NCBI GenBank assembly: GCA_043228905.1
Contig: JBHGNT010000014.1
Span: 18,972,001 to 19,036,000 of the forward strand
Direction: 5' to 3'
Source: Azolla caroliniana
Taxonomy: Eukaryota > Plantae > Polypodiophyta
Length of the DNA stretch: 64,000 nt
Shown: one piece after another, positions 51,141-64,000 of the stretch
Numbering within the stretch: the first letter of the stretch is position 1
Layout of the letters: each line of letters starts with the position of its first letter
The notes under the pieces: generated by a model
Database searches by the model: none
What the model was told of the DNA's origin: nothing
The model's input: the letters and a program-made list of their open reading frames with translations, nothing else
Made by a program: the position numbers and the translations under genes

Positions 51141-54100
51141 AGTGGTAGGCAAACTTTATTGTATAAGTGTAAACTTTAAGTGACAAATATTGGAAAGCTT
51201 TCGTAAATTTTTTCAACAAAATGAATCATCTTACTTCATAACTCATCCAAATTTCTTACTCTCACAATAGCGACATTTCAAACATATTACCGAACTTACC
51301 CACATTTGTGAAGCCAAATTTCATACTTACAAGTCACAAAATAGACATTTGGAACTCAAACTTACCAACATCCCAGATTCATGCTTCTTCATATCAAAGA
51401 ATTCGGTTCATATCTCATCATGGAACTCTTCATATGTAATAATTGGCATTTGAAACGTTATACAAAACATATCGAATCATGGAGGGCATTAATATTCCAT
51501 ATCATATGAACTCATCCAAATTATACTAAGACTTGTTGCATTGATATTTATTATTAACAACGTAATTACTTTAACTACAACATTACAATTTACCAATACA
51601 AAGTTCAATGTTAATCATGCTATTACTTATATGTATATTGTTATACATGTTATCGTATGTGCATTGCTCAAGTAGATGCCCATATTAACTCCCCAAAAAA
51701 GAGAGAAATATATATGAATAGAATATGTGTATTTCTCAAGTATCACCTACAACAAAAAAAGGAGTGAATTGAATGTATAATCGTTTGAGGAGTATTGAAA
51801 ATACTTTTTTTTTTGTGCATAGAGCATGATGAAGTTATCCATATTTTTTACTTTATTATTTCAAAGTGTCACCAATTAGTAACGTGTTTATCAAAAAATG
51901 GCAAAGGTCTCTTAATATACAGTTTGTCTAAAGTTGTTCTTTATGGTAAACCTACTAGGTATGTTTTCTAGCTGGCCATGAGGATGAAGGAAAAGAATTT
52001 CAGAATTTCACGTTTGCCACAAACTACAAGAATACATGACGAGACACTTAATTAGAAATTATCACGATAAACCACCAACCATTCACAAGCAAATACATAA
52101 CAACTATGCAAGAGAATCTAAAATCTTAACGATAACCATTAATGCTCAAATCTCTATATGTTCAAAGGGTTTAAGCTCATCATCATTGAAGCTTGTAAAA
52201 ACCCTTGAACGTGTCAAAATGGGACTTTTAAAAATAATAATATGCTAAATCCCCAAATGATCATTGAATTATAAAAAACTCATATATATTAAAGATGAAT
52301 TAACTCATATATTAAAGATGTAAAAATCCTAACTGGAACCAAGTGTTGAGTGCAACTTTATTTGTTCCCCTTGAAAAAATAGCAGCTTATGGGAGAGATT
52401 GACACGAGTTATATACATCTTTGGTATTGTTTAAACTCTCAAATAAATGTTTGGTCGTTTGGATAAGGATTTTACTAAGTTCTAAACAATCTATTCACTC
52501 TAGTTTCCATGTCAACCTTGTCATTTGATATTATTTTGCTTTCCGTTTCTACTAGTTTTGAATCTTGGAAATGTCCTTAGTTGGACAAGTAGATGATGGT
52601 ACCTTGGTCCTCTACTTGAGTCTGTTTTTATCACCGAAAACTTCTACCCAATAATTTACATTCCTTGAAAGTACCCCTAACTTTGTAGGTTTCATTATAT
52701 TCCGATCTTTTTAATATGTATCTTTAATAATTCATCGTTCCCTTTTTATTCAATCTGTAACATTCCTTTGTTCACTTCGCATCCACATGCATGATGCATG
52801 ATATTTTCAAAGCCAATCATTGGTGCTAGTACTAGATGGTTCAAATTATATATTGTTCATCTCTTTCAATTGTAGGGTGTATGTAATAAGTGTTTCACAT
52901 GCATTGTGACTTCTAACTAGTGTCAAATATTGGAGTCTTGATTTATGTGTTTTTCTAATGCCTCTTACTAGAAACTTTAAATGGCAAGATTGTGGGGGAT
53001 CAATTCAGTACTAGGTAAGGTGACATGACAATGAGTTTCAACTCGAGCCTAATGTACAAGACTAATGATGTTAATAATAGTAATAATGAACGAGTGGACC
53101 TAATGTTTAATTCAGCATGCAGAGGAAAACTTAATAAGTAAGAATGTTTTTACTCTTAGTGCAAAGCAAGTGATACCAAATTGGATAAGATAATCTGGTT
53201 AAAAGAGGTAAGGGTGTACCTAAACCCATGTCAACACAATGATACAAAAACAATAAAATATAATGGCACAAGGAATTACATCACTATATACAAGGTAAAT
53301 GGGTGCAGATAGAAATGTGCACGCTACAAGATGCACCATATTAAATAGGGAAAAATGCAGTAACATCCCAAGTTTTTTCCTTTATTTCCGCAACTGCCCT
53401 TCTTCAGCACCAAAATAGAAATAATGGCAATGGATTGACTATATACTTCCTCACATAACACATATAATTGAGAACAAAGAGATGAAGTAATCATCACATG
53501 CTCAAGTAGCACATAAAGATAAAGCAAGGCCTCTAGAGAAATGGAATGACTTAGTGGTATTTGGGGGAAATAAACAAAAATGTTAGCAGTATTGTGGAAA
53601 TAAACATAATGACACCATTGGAGGATAAGGGCTCTCATGAACAAATTTGAAATCTAGAGCATGGTTGTAATGAGTACATTTATTACAATTGCGAGAACAT
53701 TTAATCAAACAATTGTCATATTCCCATGACGTAGGTTATAAGGATCAACTAATATTGATGTAATGCCGAGTTTTCAGCAAGTATTAGTTTTTATTAAAAT
53801 GTGGCTTAAAACCATGATCTAAAGACTTCTTTGAAATGATTTTATATGCTTTGGAAATGTCTTGAGGTTCGAACATATTGTTTTTGGAAAACAAGCTTGA
53901 TCAAAGTGTGTGTTATGGAAGACAATAATATTGGGGGACAAATAATTCAAAATTCTCAATGTTTGAAAGTGCTAAAAAACACATATCTTGAAGGGTGGGT
54001 TATCTATATATGTATCCATCTATGAATAATATTTACATAAAAAGGGAAGATAAATAACACACATAAACATTTATTGAACTAAATTATTATTCAACGTAGA

Positions 54101-54156
54101 ACAACAAAAGAAACTTGACACATAAGGACAAGTACATATATATACATGTGTGTGTG

Positions 54157-54159
<3 letters not shown>

Positions 54160-54208
<49 letters not shown>
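54160..54208. repeat. (GA)n microsatellite abutting the peptide gene start
   Basis: Read directly; ends 2 nt before the ATG at 54211. Confidence 0.95.
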
Positions 54209-54210
<2 letters not shown>

Positions 54211-54866
54211 ATGCCTCAAGTCCCTCTAATGAAGATGGTGGTTGTTATGCTAATCTTTCTATCGTGCTTCTTAATCAACACTGGTATGTTAGCATAAGTA
54301 TATTTGTAATTACTTCTTCATAATTTTAATCACTCCTTTCATAAATTGAACAACTCTACACGCATTTCAAGCATTACTTGTCATTATTTTGAAATGTTTT
54401 GTTTGGTTTGCCCTCATTGGTCTTTGATTGTTCATGTCCTTTAGTTGGTTCAACAGTTTTGGACGTTTTCCTTTGTTCAATGCCTTGCATAATGATGGGT
54501 AGTTCTCATTAATGAAACAAATATACGGATCCTAATTTGTTTGCTTCTATTGCTATATTGTTTCCATGAGCTAATGATGTTGTTTTGACAATTTCATTCC
54601 ATGAAGGTGCGAGTAGGAGTTACCCCAATACCCGTCTGAATATAGGAGGAGCAACATATGCCATTGTAAGTGCCAACATAAAGACAACACACATGTCATC
54701 ATCATCATTGTTGCAACCTATACATGTGGAGCCCCAAAACATGGCCCATTTTAGCCAAATAGTACGTGAATTATATCATGTATTGATCCATCCTAGGATA
54801 TTTGTGCCTCCATCAGGCCCATCCAAGTATGACCAAGATCACCCACCGTACAACCCCAAACCTTAA
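54211..54866 (+). CDS. Small secreted signalling peptide precursor (110 aa), IDA/IDL- or PIP-like. Exons: 54211-54283, 54607-54866
   Basis: Signal peptide MPQVPLMKMVVVMLIFLSCFLINTGAS; phase-1 GTATGT..AAG intron; C-terminal PRIFVPPSGPSKYDQDHPPYNPKP. Confidence 0.72.
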
Positions 54867-55701
54867 ACCCTACTAAACATTGCTCTTTGGTTTGAGTTTG
54901 AGCTGAAATAGGAAGGTTGGATTTAGGACTTTGATCATGTTAATGTTGTTGGTCAACATTCTTGTAAGGAAACCTCATAAGAATGCACCACTTTTTTCTT
55001 ACATTCTTGCATTTTAATCGCACAAATTTCAGCCAACACACAAATGAAATATCTTTTTGTGCCCAAGTGAATATTTAATTATCTAGTGTACATGATGTTC
55101 GACATCTTATTGTTTTGATGTTGTGCTCTCAATCATGAGAAATGAGTTTCATTTTACAGTATCTTACTCATAGTTTTACGATACATTGTATATTTGCATT
55201 ACATTGGCCTAGTCTATAGGGAATTAGATTGGAGTAATGTAATGTGTTTGACACCAAATTAATTTCAAATATCTTTATGTGGTGAATATATTTCAATTAA
55301 TCGAGTCATGTAAAAGGAGTTGTAGCATTTTATAACTAGTGTCCACCGTTAATTTGACAACTGTTCAAGTCACGTGAATGTTATTAGCTTGATCGGAAAC
55401 ATATTTTAAATCTTGCAATTTGTTCATTTCATTTCATTAGCTTTGGTAAAATTAAACTGGAAATGTATGATATGACTTACTAATGTTTGGCAAATCATGT
55501 AATATTAATGTTGTGTGTTCGTGATCTCTTTTTTGAAATAATAACAAATAAATGAACACACTTATATCAATCCAACATGAACTTAATTTTGGATCCTAAA
55601 TAATAAAAATTTTGATGTGTCAAGAATATTCATGACCAAATCCATTGCCCTTGTTCTGATCAACTCATCCCAATGCTACAATTTTACTCATCTTCCAACT
55701 C

Positions 55702-56750
55702 TTTTTTTTTCCCCCAAAAAAATTCTACTTCCATTAGTTAAGAAAATGTACATAGGATAGTATATAACTCATATGTTACAAGCCACTTTGCAATGGCTCC
55801 AAGAAAACATCATGTATAAATGAAGCAACAAAGCCTCGTCATAGAATTACTCGACAGACTCCCCTCAACATGAGCCTCACACAATCCACATTTAGCAAAG
55901 AAACCCTCCAATCTCTTCACAATTCAACACCTACCTCTATGTTTGGTACCCTAGGAGGAAACAACCACCGGGGTGGCTGATAAATCCACTTTGCATTGCC
56001 ATCCGCCATTTGTAACATTGGAGAACCTCTCCATTTAAGAAGGAAGCGGCATCTAACTTCTTCACTCGTGTTAGAGGGCCCCTGAAGGCTGTCAAACTTT
56101 CCTTGTAGCGTAGAAATCAGATTAAACCAAATCATCATTAAACTCTCAGTCGATGGGGTTTGCTTCTCGGTAAATGAATCCTTGCACCTAGACACCCACA
56201 CTTGCCAAACAGTAAGGCCAACCACTAAAAACCAAACATCTATGTACCGTTCATGTATGTAGAATGAATCTCCTTGAGCCGCAGGTTGAACTGTTCCATT
56301 CACCACCTTTAAAGAAGGGCTATTTCCATTCCACCCATGAAACCATGCAGCCGATTCAATAGCTAACCAAACAACTGCTGCACTTGATACCTGAACTTCA
56401 ACCCCGCATCGAGCCAAAATTCTTAAGCTCCTCGTCCAAACTTCTTGGGCTCGCGGGCAACTCCATAAACATTGGGTGATGTCCTCCAAACTTGCTCCAC
56501 AGGCCTTGCAATTACTTATGCCACCCTTTTTCCCCAACCACTCTCCGGTTGGAACAACCTGATGGGTGATTAGCCAAAAAAACACCTTGACCCTCTCGGG
56601 GAGGGATGAGTTCCATATCCTGCTCCTAGTTTTATCCACAAAGACTGAATCGACAGCTACATGGGTCCATTTGTTGAATCACTTCTCACGATGCAAGCGT
56701 AAATGTCTCCCCAAGCGAGTTGAGTAGTCAAGGACACCCCGCAATACTGC
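55702..56750 (-). mobile_element. 5'-truncated L1 LINE 3' end
   Basis: T-run at 55702-55710; zf-RVT motif (IWNSSLPERVKVFFWLITH..CKAC..EDITQCLWSC); 3' UTR resembles that of the L1 at 48681. Confidence 0.88.
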
Positions 56751-56799
56751 ACCCCAAGAGAATATTGATAGAGAGTAGTGTTGTCTCAACAATAAAAAC

Positions 56800-57655
56800 A
56801 ACTTCAAAATTTCTTGATCTTGGGACATAACCAAAACACATGCAAAATCGATTCAGTAGGTGTGCCACAATGCAATCCACAAGCATATTGTTGATGCTGT
56901 CTCAACCAATCACCAACAAGAGGAGCATAATGAATCAGCAACCATCGAAAGCAAATCACTTTTTTTGGCAATTTCAAAACCCTAAACCATTTCCAAAATT
57001 TTGCAAGTTGTAATTCCTGCACATTATTCTCAGACCAGTGCTTCGTGGCAACAAGACATTTATACTTTGATTGCAACAATAAATTTCTACCTAGCTTAAC
57101 TGAATATTGGAAAAACTCCAAATGTTTACCATTTCCACCATAACTCGGCTTTTTCCATTGATAATCAGCTAGATCCCAATCTAAAATTTGAAGAGGTTTT
57201 TAAAAAAAAACCCATAATGAGCAATACACCAAGCATTGTTGAAAGGGTGGATCCAAAGACCATTTTTTCCCGATCTTGCGACTACTCGAATGGTCAAAGT
57301 GTTTGCGGACATCCACACATCTGATGCAGAGTATACATGCCACAACCTACCCTCATCATCAACATTAAAATACATAGCATCACCCGTAGCATTAGTTACT
57401 TTAGCTCCTAAAATAACTTTTAAAGGAGAAAAATAACCAAACCATATCTGATTACTTAAGGGATACCATGAAGCCATAAATTGTCCCAATGCCACTTGCA
57501 TATCATTACTCATAACAATGCCTCCTCGAACTGAATGCATTGATAAAGATTGTAACGGACGATTCATAACATGGCATCCCCATGAAAGAACATTACATGC
57601 AACTGATGCATCCAAAGCACCCCAATTTAGCCTAGGGCGGCTACCAAGCAAAAAA
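56800..57655 (-). mobile_element. Second L1 ORF2 fragment
   Basis: MLGSRPRLNWGALD; FFQYSVKLGR; LPKKVICFRWLLIH..CGTPTESILHVFWLC. Confidence 0.82.
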
Positions 57656-58989
57656 CCTTAATAGGACCACGTCTTTATTACATTTATATAGTGAGAAGTA
57701 CATCTCCAAACATTTAATTTTTACTTTTCTATAATCCAAATTCAAATCATGGTTAACACACACTTCTATCCTCACAAAATAATGTTTATTATTTTGATCA
57801 TAACCTTAGGTTGGTCGAGAGATCTTCTACAATTTTGTCGTTCAACCCATATCCGAGTCATCTAACAGGGAATCTAGAAGTTGTTTAAGAAGCCTTGGAA
57901 AATACACTTTTAATTTGTTAAATATATCAATGCCGACTTCCAATTTAATCCCTAGTTGGACACTAGTCCCCTCCATATTCTCAAGGGCTCCATTGTCATA
58001 ATCTTCAAATGATTTTGTTTTGATTCATACATACACCTCTACAATTTCTCATGAGAAATATAAAATTAGAAATCTTCTATAAATATTTTTTTTAAGTCCA
58101 AAGAGAAAACATTGAAGAAAGAGGAATCAAACACACCTAAAGACAAATCAATAGGATTGACATCCTAATCTCATCTTATCTTGTCTAGAAGTTTCACTTT
58201 CTAATGTATTGAACGACTTAGTTACACAATATTATGTAATATTCTAAATCACAACAATATGAATGGACCTCAACGAGAGATGAATGAAGATTGTGACATT
58301 TTATGAAACTTTGTGTTCACAATAACATGGACAACCCATCAAATCACAATCCATGATATGCATGAACTATTGATTGATTGATCGAGCATACTAAGAATGC
58401 AAGTTTTTTTTACATGTACACATTCATAAATAAACCATTAAAATGCATAGGGACCCATCTACATTATTGTGCTTATTCTGTTATATGCAAACCTTGGCCA
58501 ACAAACCAAAAGCAAGGGGTATGCAATAAGCTTGAACTGGTGGTACTGATTCATTTAATGGTATTCTTGTTGGTCATGATATACTTTATTGATATTCGTC
58601 CATGGTGCCACAATGCTAACCCATTGTTGCTTAGCTACTAAATGATCACATTGATTTCATGGAATAGATTCCTACCAGTATATTGAATTTCACTTTATTT
58701 CGTACAAAATTTGTATATGTCATAACAAACTAATTTCCTTAGGAAGAGAGATTCTGTGGCCAATGCCCATAAATATATAGGGTATTGACCAATTATAAAT
58801 GGGTCAAGTTCATAATTGTAAAGATTCTAAAAGGGTGACTAAACTATAGGTTACAACTTGAGTTGAGGTAAACAAATTTCATGATAAAAGGAGACATATC
58901 ACCATAAATGAAACCATGTGCATTGTATAATGTAAGACTTGGATACATAATGGAATACAATCAAGGCCAGATGATCCTAAACTTGACAT

Positions 58990-61900
58990 TCAAGTATATA
59001 ATAAAGAACATCATGAAGGATGTAGTCATGAAATGGTTTTATATGATGAGAATGCTATTGTTCCGATCAGTGCATCAGAAACAATGGATGGACAAGAGAT
59101 TGTAGGAGAATTACAAAATAAAAATCAGATAGTTGACATTGGGTTCTTGCCTTCTTTTGAAGGGAGGTGGACAAGATCCATGTCCAAGAATTTGTCAAAG
59201 GATCATAATCCTTTCATGAGGGATGCTAATGATTGGAGAACTTTCACGAAATCATTAGTTGAACATTTTCAAGGAAGTGATAGTAGGATTTCCTCTCAAA
59301 GAGTACATAAGCAGACTAATGCATTTAGTAAAGATCACATCTCTTTTAGAAGAATGATTAAGTCTCAAGACATGTCTCAAGAAGATAGGAATCGATGTTT
59401 GAAAGAAAGAAGATTATTATCTAAATTTGTGTAAATATGAAGATTATTTCTTGGAATGTTCAAGGTCTTGGGGGATCTTTATGTAAACAATATAAAAGGA
59501 GATTTCGGCAAGAGCTACATAAATGTATAATTGGGCAAGTGGACATAGTGATGTTACAAGAACATCACCTAAATGAAAGGCGTACTAAAGTCTATGGTTC
59601 ATTATTGCCTGGAAAATGGGAAATGGTGTGGGTTCCAGCATATGGATCAACACAACTTAAAGGTGGATTATGTATGGCTATTCGGGATATATGGCAAGTA
59701 AAGATGTTGGAGGTAGGAAATTTGTTCTTGGGAAGAGCACAATATGTTATCATGGAATTTCATAATAAAAAGGTTGGCGTTTTGAATTTATATGCTCCTA
59801 ATTCTTCTAGAGAACGATTAAAGATGTGGATTGAATTGGATAGATCATTGCCAACTGTAGATCATTGGTGTATAGCAGGAGACTTTAATATGATTGAGGA
59901 CCCTGAGGATAGGAGTGGTGAGGGACCAGGGTGGAGTAACAGTGCATGGTCTAGAATTATCTGCATGGGAAAGATTTACTATAAGTAGAAGGTTGGTGGA
60001 TGTTTGGCATTTACCATCATTTGGAAAACTACATAATTCGTTACGGTTTTCTAGATCTGATAGAAGAGTAAACGGGGCAAACCTGTCAAGAATTGATAGG
60101 ATTTATGTTGATGATTTATTTGCGGAGATAGGAGGGAGTGTTGGCATTTATCCAGGTACGACTTTCTCCGATCATGCCCCAGTTGTATTACAACTTAAGG
60201 TTGGGAAAAAACATAAGCAGCAAGGGAGAATAAGAATTCCACCAGAATTGTTTACAAAGTCTATAATTACTGAACAAGTTATGTATATATGGAGACAAAC
60301 TTTATTGCAAATTGGAAATGTGGAAGACAATGTGACCTTGGCAATATCTCATATTAGTAGTTTTTTAATCTCTTGGGTACAGGGGAAAAAGGAAATATAT
60401 ACACAGAAAATTAATAGTATGCATCGTGCCTTGGCATCGTTGCAACATTTTCAAGAAAGGGATCCATTGTGTGAATGGACAGCATATGCTTTACATAATG
60501 CGAAATGGGAATTAAGAAAGATTGAGGACAACATTTTAAACTTTCAATATCAAGCTTCCGCTTCAAAATGGACACAAGTAGGTGACAAAGTAAACAAGAT
60601 GTTTTTTTCCCAAGTTGCACCGAAATGGTCGACAATAGGAATTAAACAATTAAGGAGGGAAGATGGCTCCTTAACAGTAGATGAGTCAGAAATTGTACAA
60701 ATTGCTGCTACGTATTATGCTAAATTGTTGACTGCTGATGTGGCTACAGAATCTGTCCACATAAGTAGGAAACGGGTGTAGGATCAAATTAAGCCAAAAG
60801 TTACAAATGAAATGAAGGTTGCATTAGTTAAGCCCTTTGACATTATGGAAATACATAATGCACTTAGAGCTTTAAGTCTTATGTCTTGTCCAGGGGAGGA
60901 TGGAATTACTCCACATTTTTTCCTCAATTATTGGGAATATATTGGGGAAGATTTAACAAAAGCTTATCAAAGAATTTTTGACACTGGGTATATGCCTCGT
61001 AGTATGGCAGTTGGTTTGATTTATTTAATACCTAAGGGTGAAGGTATATCAGATGATATTAGAAAATGGAGACCAATAACTTTGTTAAATACAATATATA
61101 AAGTCTTTGCAAAAACATTGGCTTTGAGAGTGCAACCTTTTTTGCATGATTTGATTCATATCACCCAAACAGGTTTTATTCAGGAAAGAAGTATACTGGA
61201 TAATTTGTTCTTTTTTTGGGAAGCCATTGCCTTGGCTAGGAAGAAAAAAGAGAATTTAGTGATTTTGTTACTTGACTTTGAAAAAGCATATGATCGTGTT
61301 GATTGGGAATTTCTTCAGGGTACTCTTGTAAGATTGGGTTTTCCGGAGAAATGGGTGATAGGAGTGTCTTCTTTGTATAATTCAGCATGCAGTTCTGTTT
61401 TGGTTGGAGGGGTTAAAGGTGATGAGTTTCAAATTTCCCGAAGTGTAAGACAAGGCTGTCCACTTGCACCATATCTATTTTTGTTTTTTGCTGAAGCAAT
61501 GAGTTTGTTTTTGACTGCTGAAGATGTTGGATTAAAAGGAATAGCAATGCCCATTGATGGGACAAATGTGGTTGATGTAGAATTTGCTGATGACACAAGT
61601 TTGTATCTGGATTGTCACAATAATAATCTGCAGAAAATGTACACAACAATGCAAACATTTTGTATAGCTGCAGGTGCAGCAATTAATTGGAATAAATCAG
61701 TGGGTTTTTGGGTGTCGTCCGATTCCACAACTCCACAATGGAGTCCTCATCCAGATTTCAGATGGGTTCCCGAGGGCACTTCAGTTAGATATTTGGGATG
61801 TCAAGTAGGGTTGAATATTTCTTCAGAAATTCAGGTTGCTTCTTTGTTATTGAAAATTAGGAAAAAACTTATGTTTTGGAGTAAAGCTAAACTATCATTT

Positions 61901-63879
61901 GCGGGTAGAGTGATAGTCGTTAATCATGTTTTGTTGTCTAGTCTCTGGTATATTATGTCATGTTGGAGTTTTTCGAGATCATGTATGGGACAATTGCAAA
62001 GATTGATTCGAAATTATTTGTGGTCTGGTAATGATGGAAGCCATGCTAGGGCAAAAGTCTCTTGGTCCACAATTGTTAAGCCATTGGATCAAGGAGGATT
62101 AGGGATTCTGGATCCATTACAACAATCGAAAGCTTTAATGGCAAAATTGGTGATTCGAGGATTATTGCCAGGATCGGAACCTTGGAAACAATTGTTGTTT
62201 TATGAATTGCAAAGGTTTTGTCCCAAGACGGGTGGAGATTGGACGCCTAGTGCTAGATGGGCTTTTATGGAACATAATAAATTGGCTATTGCTACAAGTT
62301 GGGAAGATAGATTTGCTCGATGTGTTCTTAAAGCATGGAAAGATATTTCTCGTGATTTAGTTAAGACATTGCCAAAAACAGAATCTGAATTCTGTAGGCA
62401 ACCGCTGATTTGGAATTCATGGTTGACTGACCTAAGAGGACAAATGTTGGGAAAGCGTACTAAATGTGCATGGGCAGAATTAGATCGTGGGCCAGCACAG
62501 TCTATAGGTGCATGGATAACTTTTTTGTCTAAATCTATAGATCAACAAATGCTATTAATTAGTAATATAAGGGGTGGCAAGATAATGTATTCTGCGATCC
62601 AGAATGCCCTTGTTAATGTTCAAATGCAAATTGGATATACTACACACAAGTGGATGGGTTTATTTACTCCATTGGATGTTTTAATTGGAGTGAAAGCCTA
62701 TATTGGGGAACAAGAATGCATGACTTTTGATGTACAGGATGATGGTAGGTTAATCTGTACATCTATGGAACATGATTTGTTTAGTTTTTGTTTACATAAA
62801 GAAGTGAGGGTGATTGCAAATGATGGATCAAATTGGGTATTAGACCCGGATCCTCAAAAGGTGAATTGTTTGTGGAGGATTTGGATTTTGGAAAGGAGAT
62901 CAATATCTACACTAACTTGGGATCCTGGAGAACTGTATTGGAAGGTGAGGATGCAAGATAACATCAAATATGTGCCGTTTTTTCAGTATTCTGTGAGGAT
63001 TGGTAGGAAAGTATTAGCTGCTAGATCATGGAAAGAACCAACTGCAAATATTGTTTGGAGACGAAATGAACTTTCTCCACAACATCTTAAACAATTTTGG
63101 AAATGGTTATGGGGTATAAAGATGAGTAGGAAAATTGTTGGTTTTCGATGGTTGTTGGTTCATAATGCTATACCAGTTAATGGGTGGCGAAAAGGAAATG
63201 TAGACAAGATGTGTCCTTTTTGTAGAGATGTAATAGAGACTGCTAAACATTGTTTGTGGAGTTGTGGTTTTGCTATGGATATATGGAAACAAATTATAAA
63301 ATTTTTAATTCCAATATATCCTAGAGCAGTGTACACATGGGGTGCAGTATTATGGGCAGCGGTACATGATAAACCGATGGAATATGAACATGAGGAGGTT
63401 GCGGATGCTATTATGGTGAGGCCTGGTATGATGGAAAAAATTTTGCTCCCTCCGAATCCACAAATACAAACTGATAAACCTCAAATATGGCAATTGGTAA
63501 GCAGTATTACAATTTGGTATATTTGGAAGGCTCGATGTTTGAAGGTATTTCAAAATATGACTGAAAGACCTGCTCAAATAATCTCCGGAATTTGGATAGA
63601 GATTGTACATAATCTTAGAGGGATTTTGGATGGTATAAAAGGTAATACGCATCAAGCGGAGCTTAGGCGGGTGGAGTTTCATGCCATTTGGGACATAGGT
63701 ATATTTTATAGACGGTATTTTGGTAAGGTGGAGTGGTTCTACTCAACACCAAAGTGTTTATTCAAGCCAATGGTTAGACTTTAGAAAAATATAGGGGATC
63801 GGTATAGCTTGTATGTTTAGCCTTATGGCGGTTTTCTAATACTAATGTAGTATCTTTTTTTGGAAAAAAAAAAAAAAAA
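58990..63879 (+). mobile_element. L1 LINE: ORF1 3' remnant plus complete ORF2 (59437-63784) with one frameshift (near 59925) and one stop (60779-60781)
   Basis: APE endonuclease MKIISWNVQGL, LQEHH, GDFN, SRIDRIY, SDH; RT LDFEKAYD, RQGCPLAP, FADD; zf CPFC..ETAKHCLWSC; poly(A) at 63864-63879. The 5' boundary is approximate. Confidence 0.95.
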
Positions 63880-64000
63880 CTATAGTGTAACTAAAATGAA
63901 AGAGAGTTATATTGCCATCTTGAATAAAAGAATGGACAAGTTGCTCATAAACATGTAGTTTTCAAACATCTTTAAAGACTCCTATGAAGCTTTAACGAAA

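Noticed and set aside
58841-58849. AAACTATAG as the TSD of the large L1 (also present at 63877-63885)
   Set aside because: Only 9 nt, partly overlapping the poly(A), and the flanks diverge; not used to set the boundary.

Overview
AT-rich land-plant nuclear DNA with spliceosomal introns. A non-flowering lineage is suspected from the transposon types, but this is inference only. Protein genes: the 3' part of an aconitate hydratase (+, 18 exons to 4456); a convergent 9-exon TPR protein gene (-, 6197-12574); a 3-exon R2R3-MYB (-, 28530-35052) with a 100-N gap in intron 2; and a 2-exon small secreted peptide precursor with an IDA/PIP-like VPPSGPS motif (+, 54211-54866). Non-coding RNA: a box C/D snoRNA (-, about 42741-42834) heading a probable polycistronic sno/scaRNA cluster under a telo-box promoter. 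Mobile DNA: a young full-length non-chromovirus Ty3/Gypsy element (-, 12877-22219; 457-bp LTRs with 2 mismatches; TSD CTGCT), a copia-type solo LTR, a tRNA-derived SINE, several L1 LINEs (one near-complete ORF2, one with a twin-priming 5' inversion) and many fragments of a second LINE family with simple-repeat tails. Most unusual: the Gypsy element has no polypurine tract. In its place, 2 nt from the 3' LTR, is a second, antisense primer-binding site for the same tRNA-Arg. The element also has a Q/N-rich Gag with three zinc knuckles and an about 870-codon extra ORF with its own TATA box. All family assignments come from motifs read by eye and recalled reference sequences; no searches were run.
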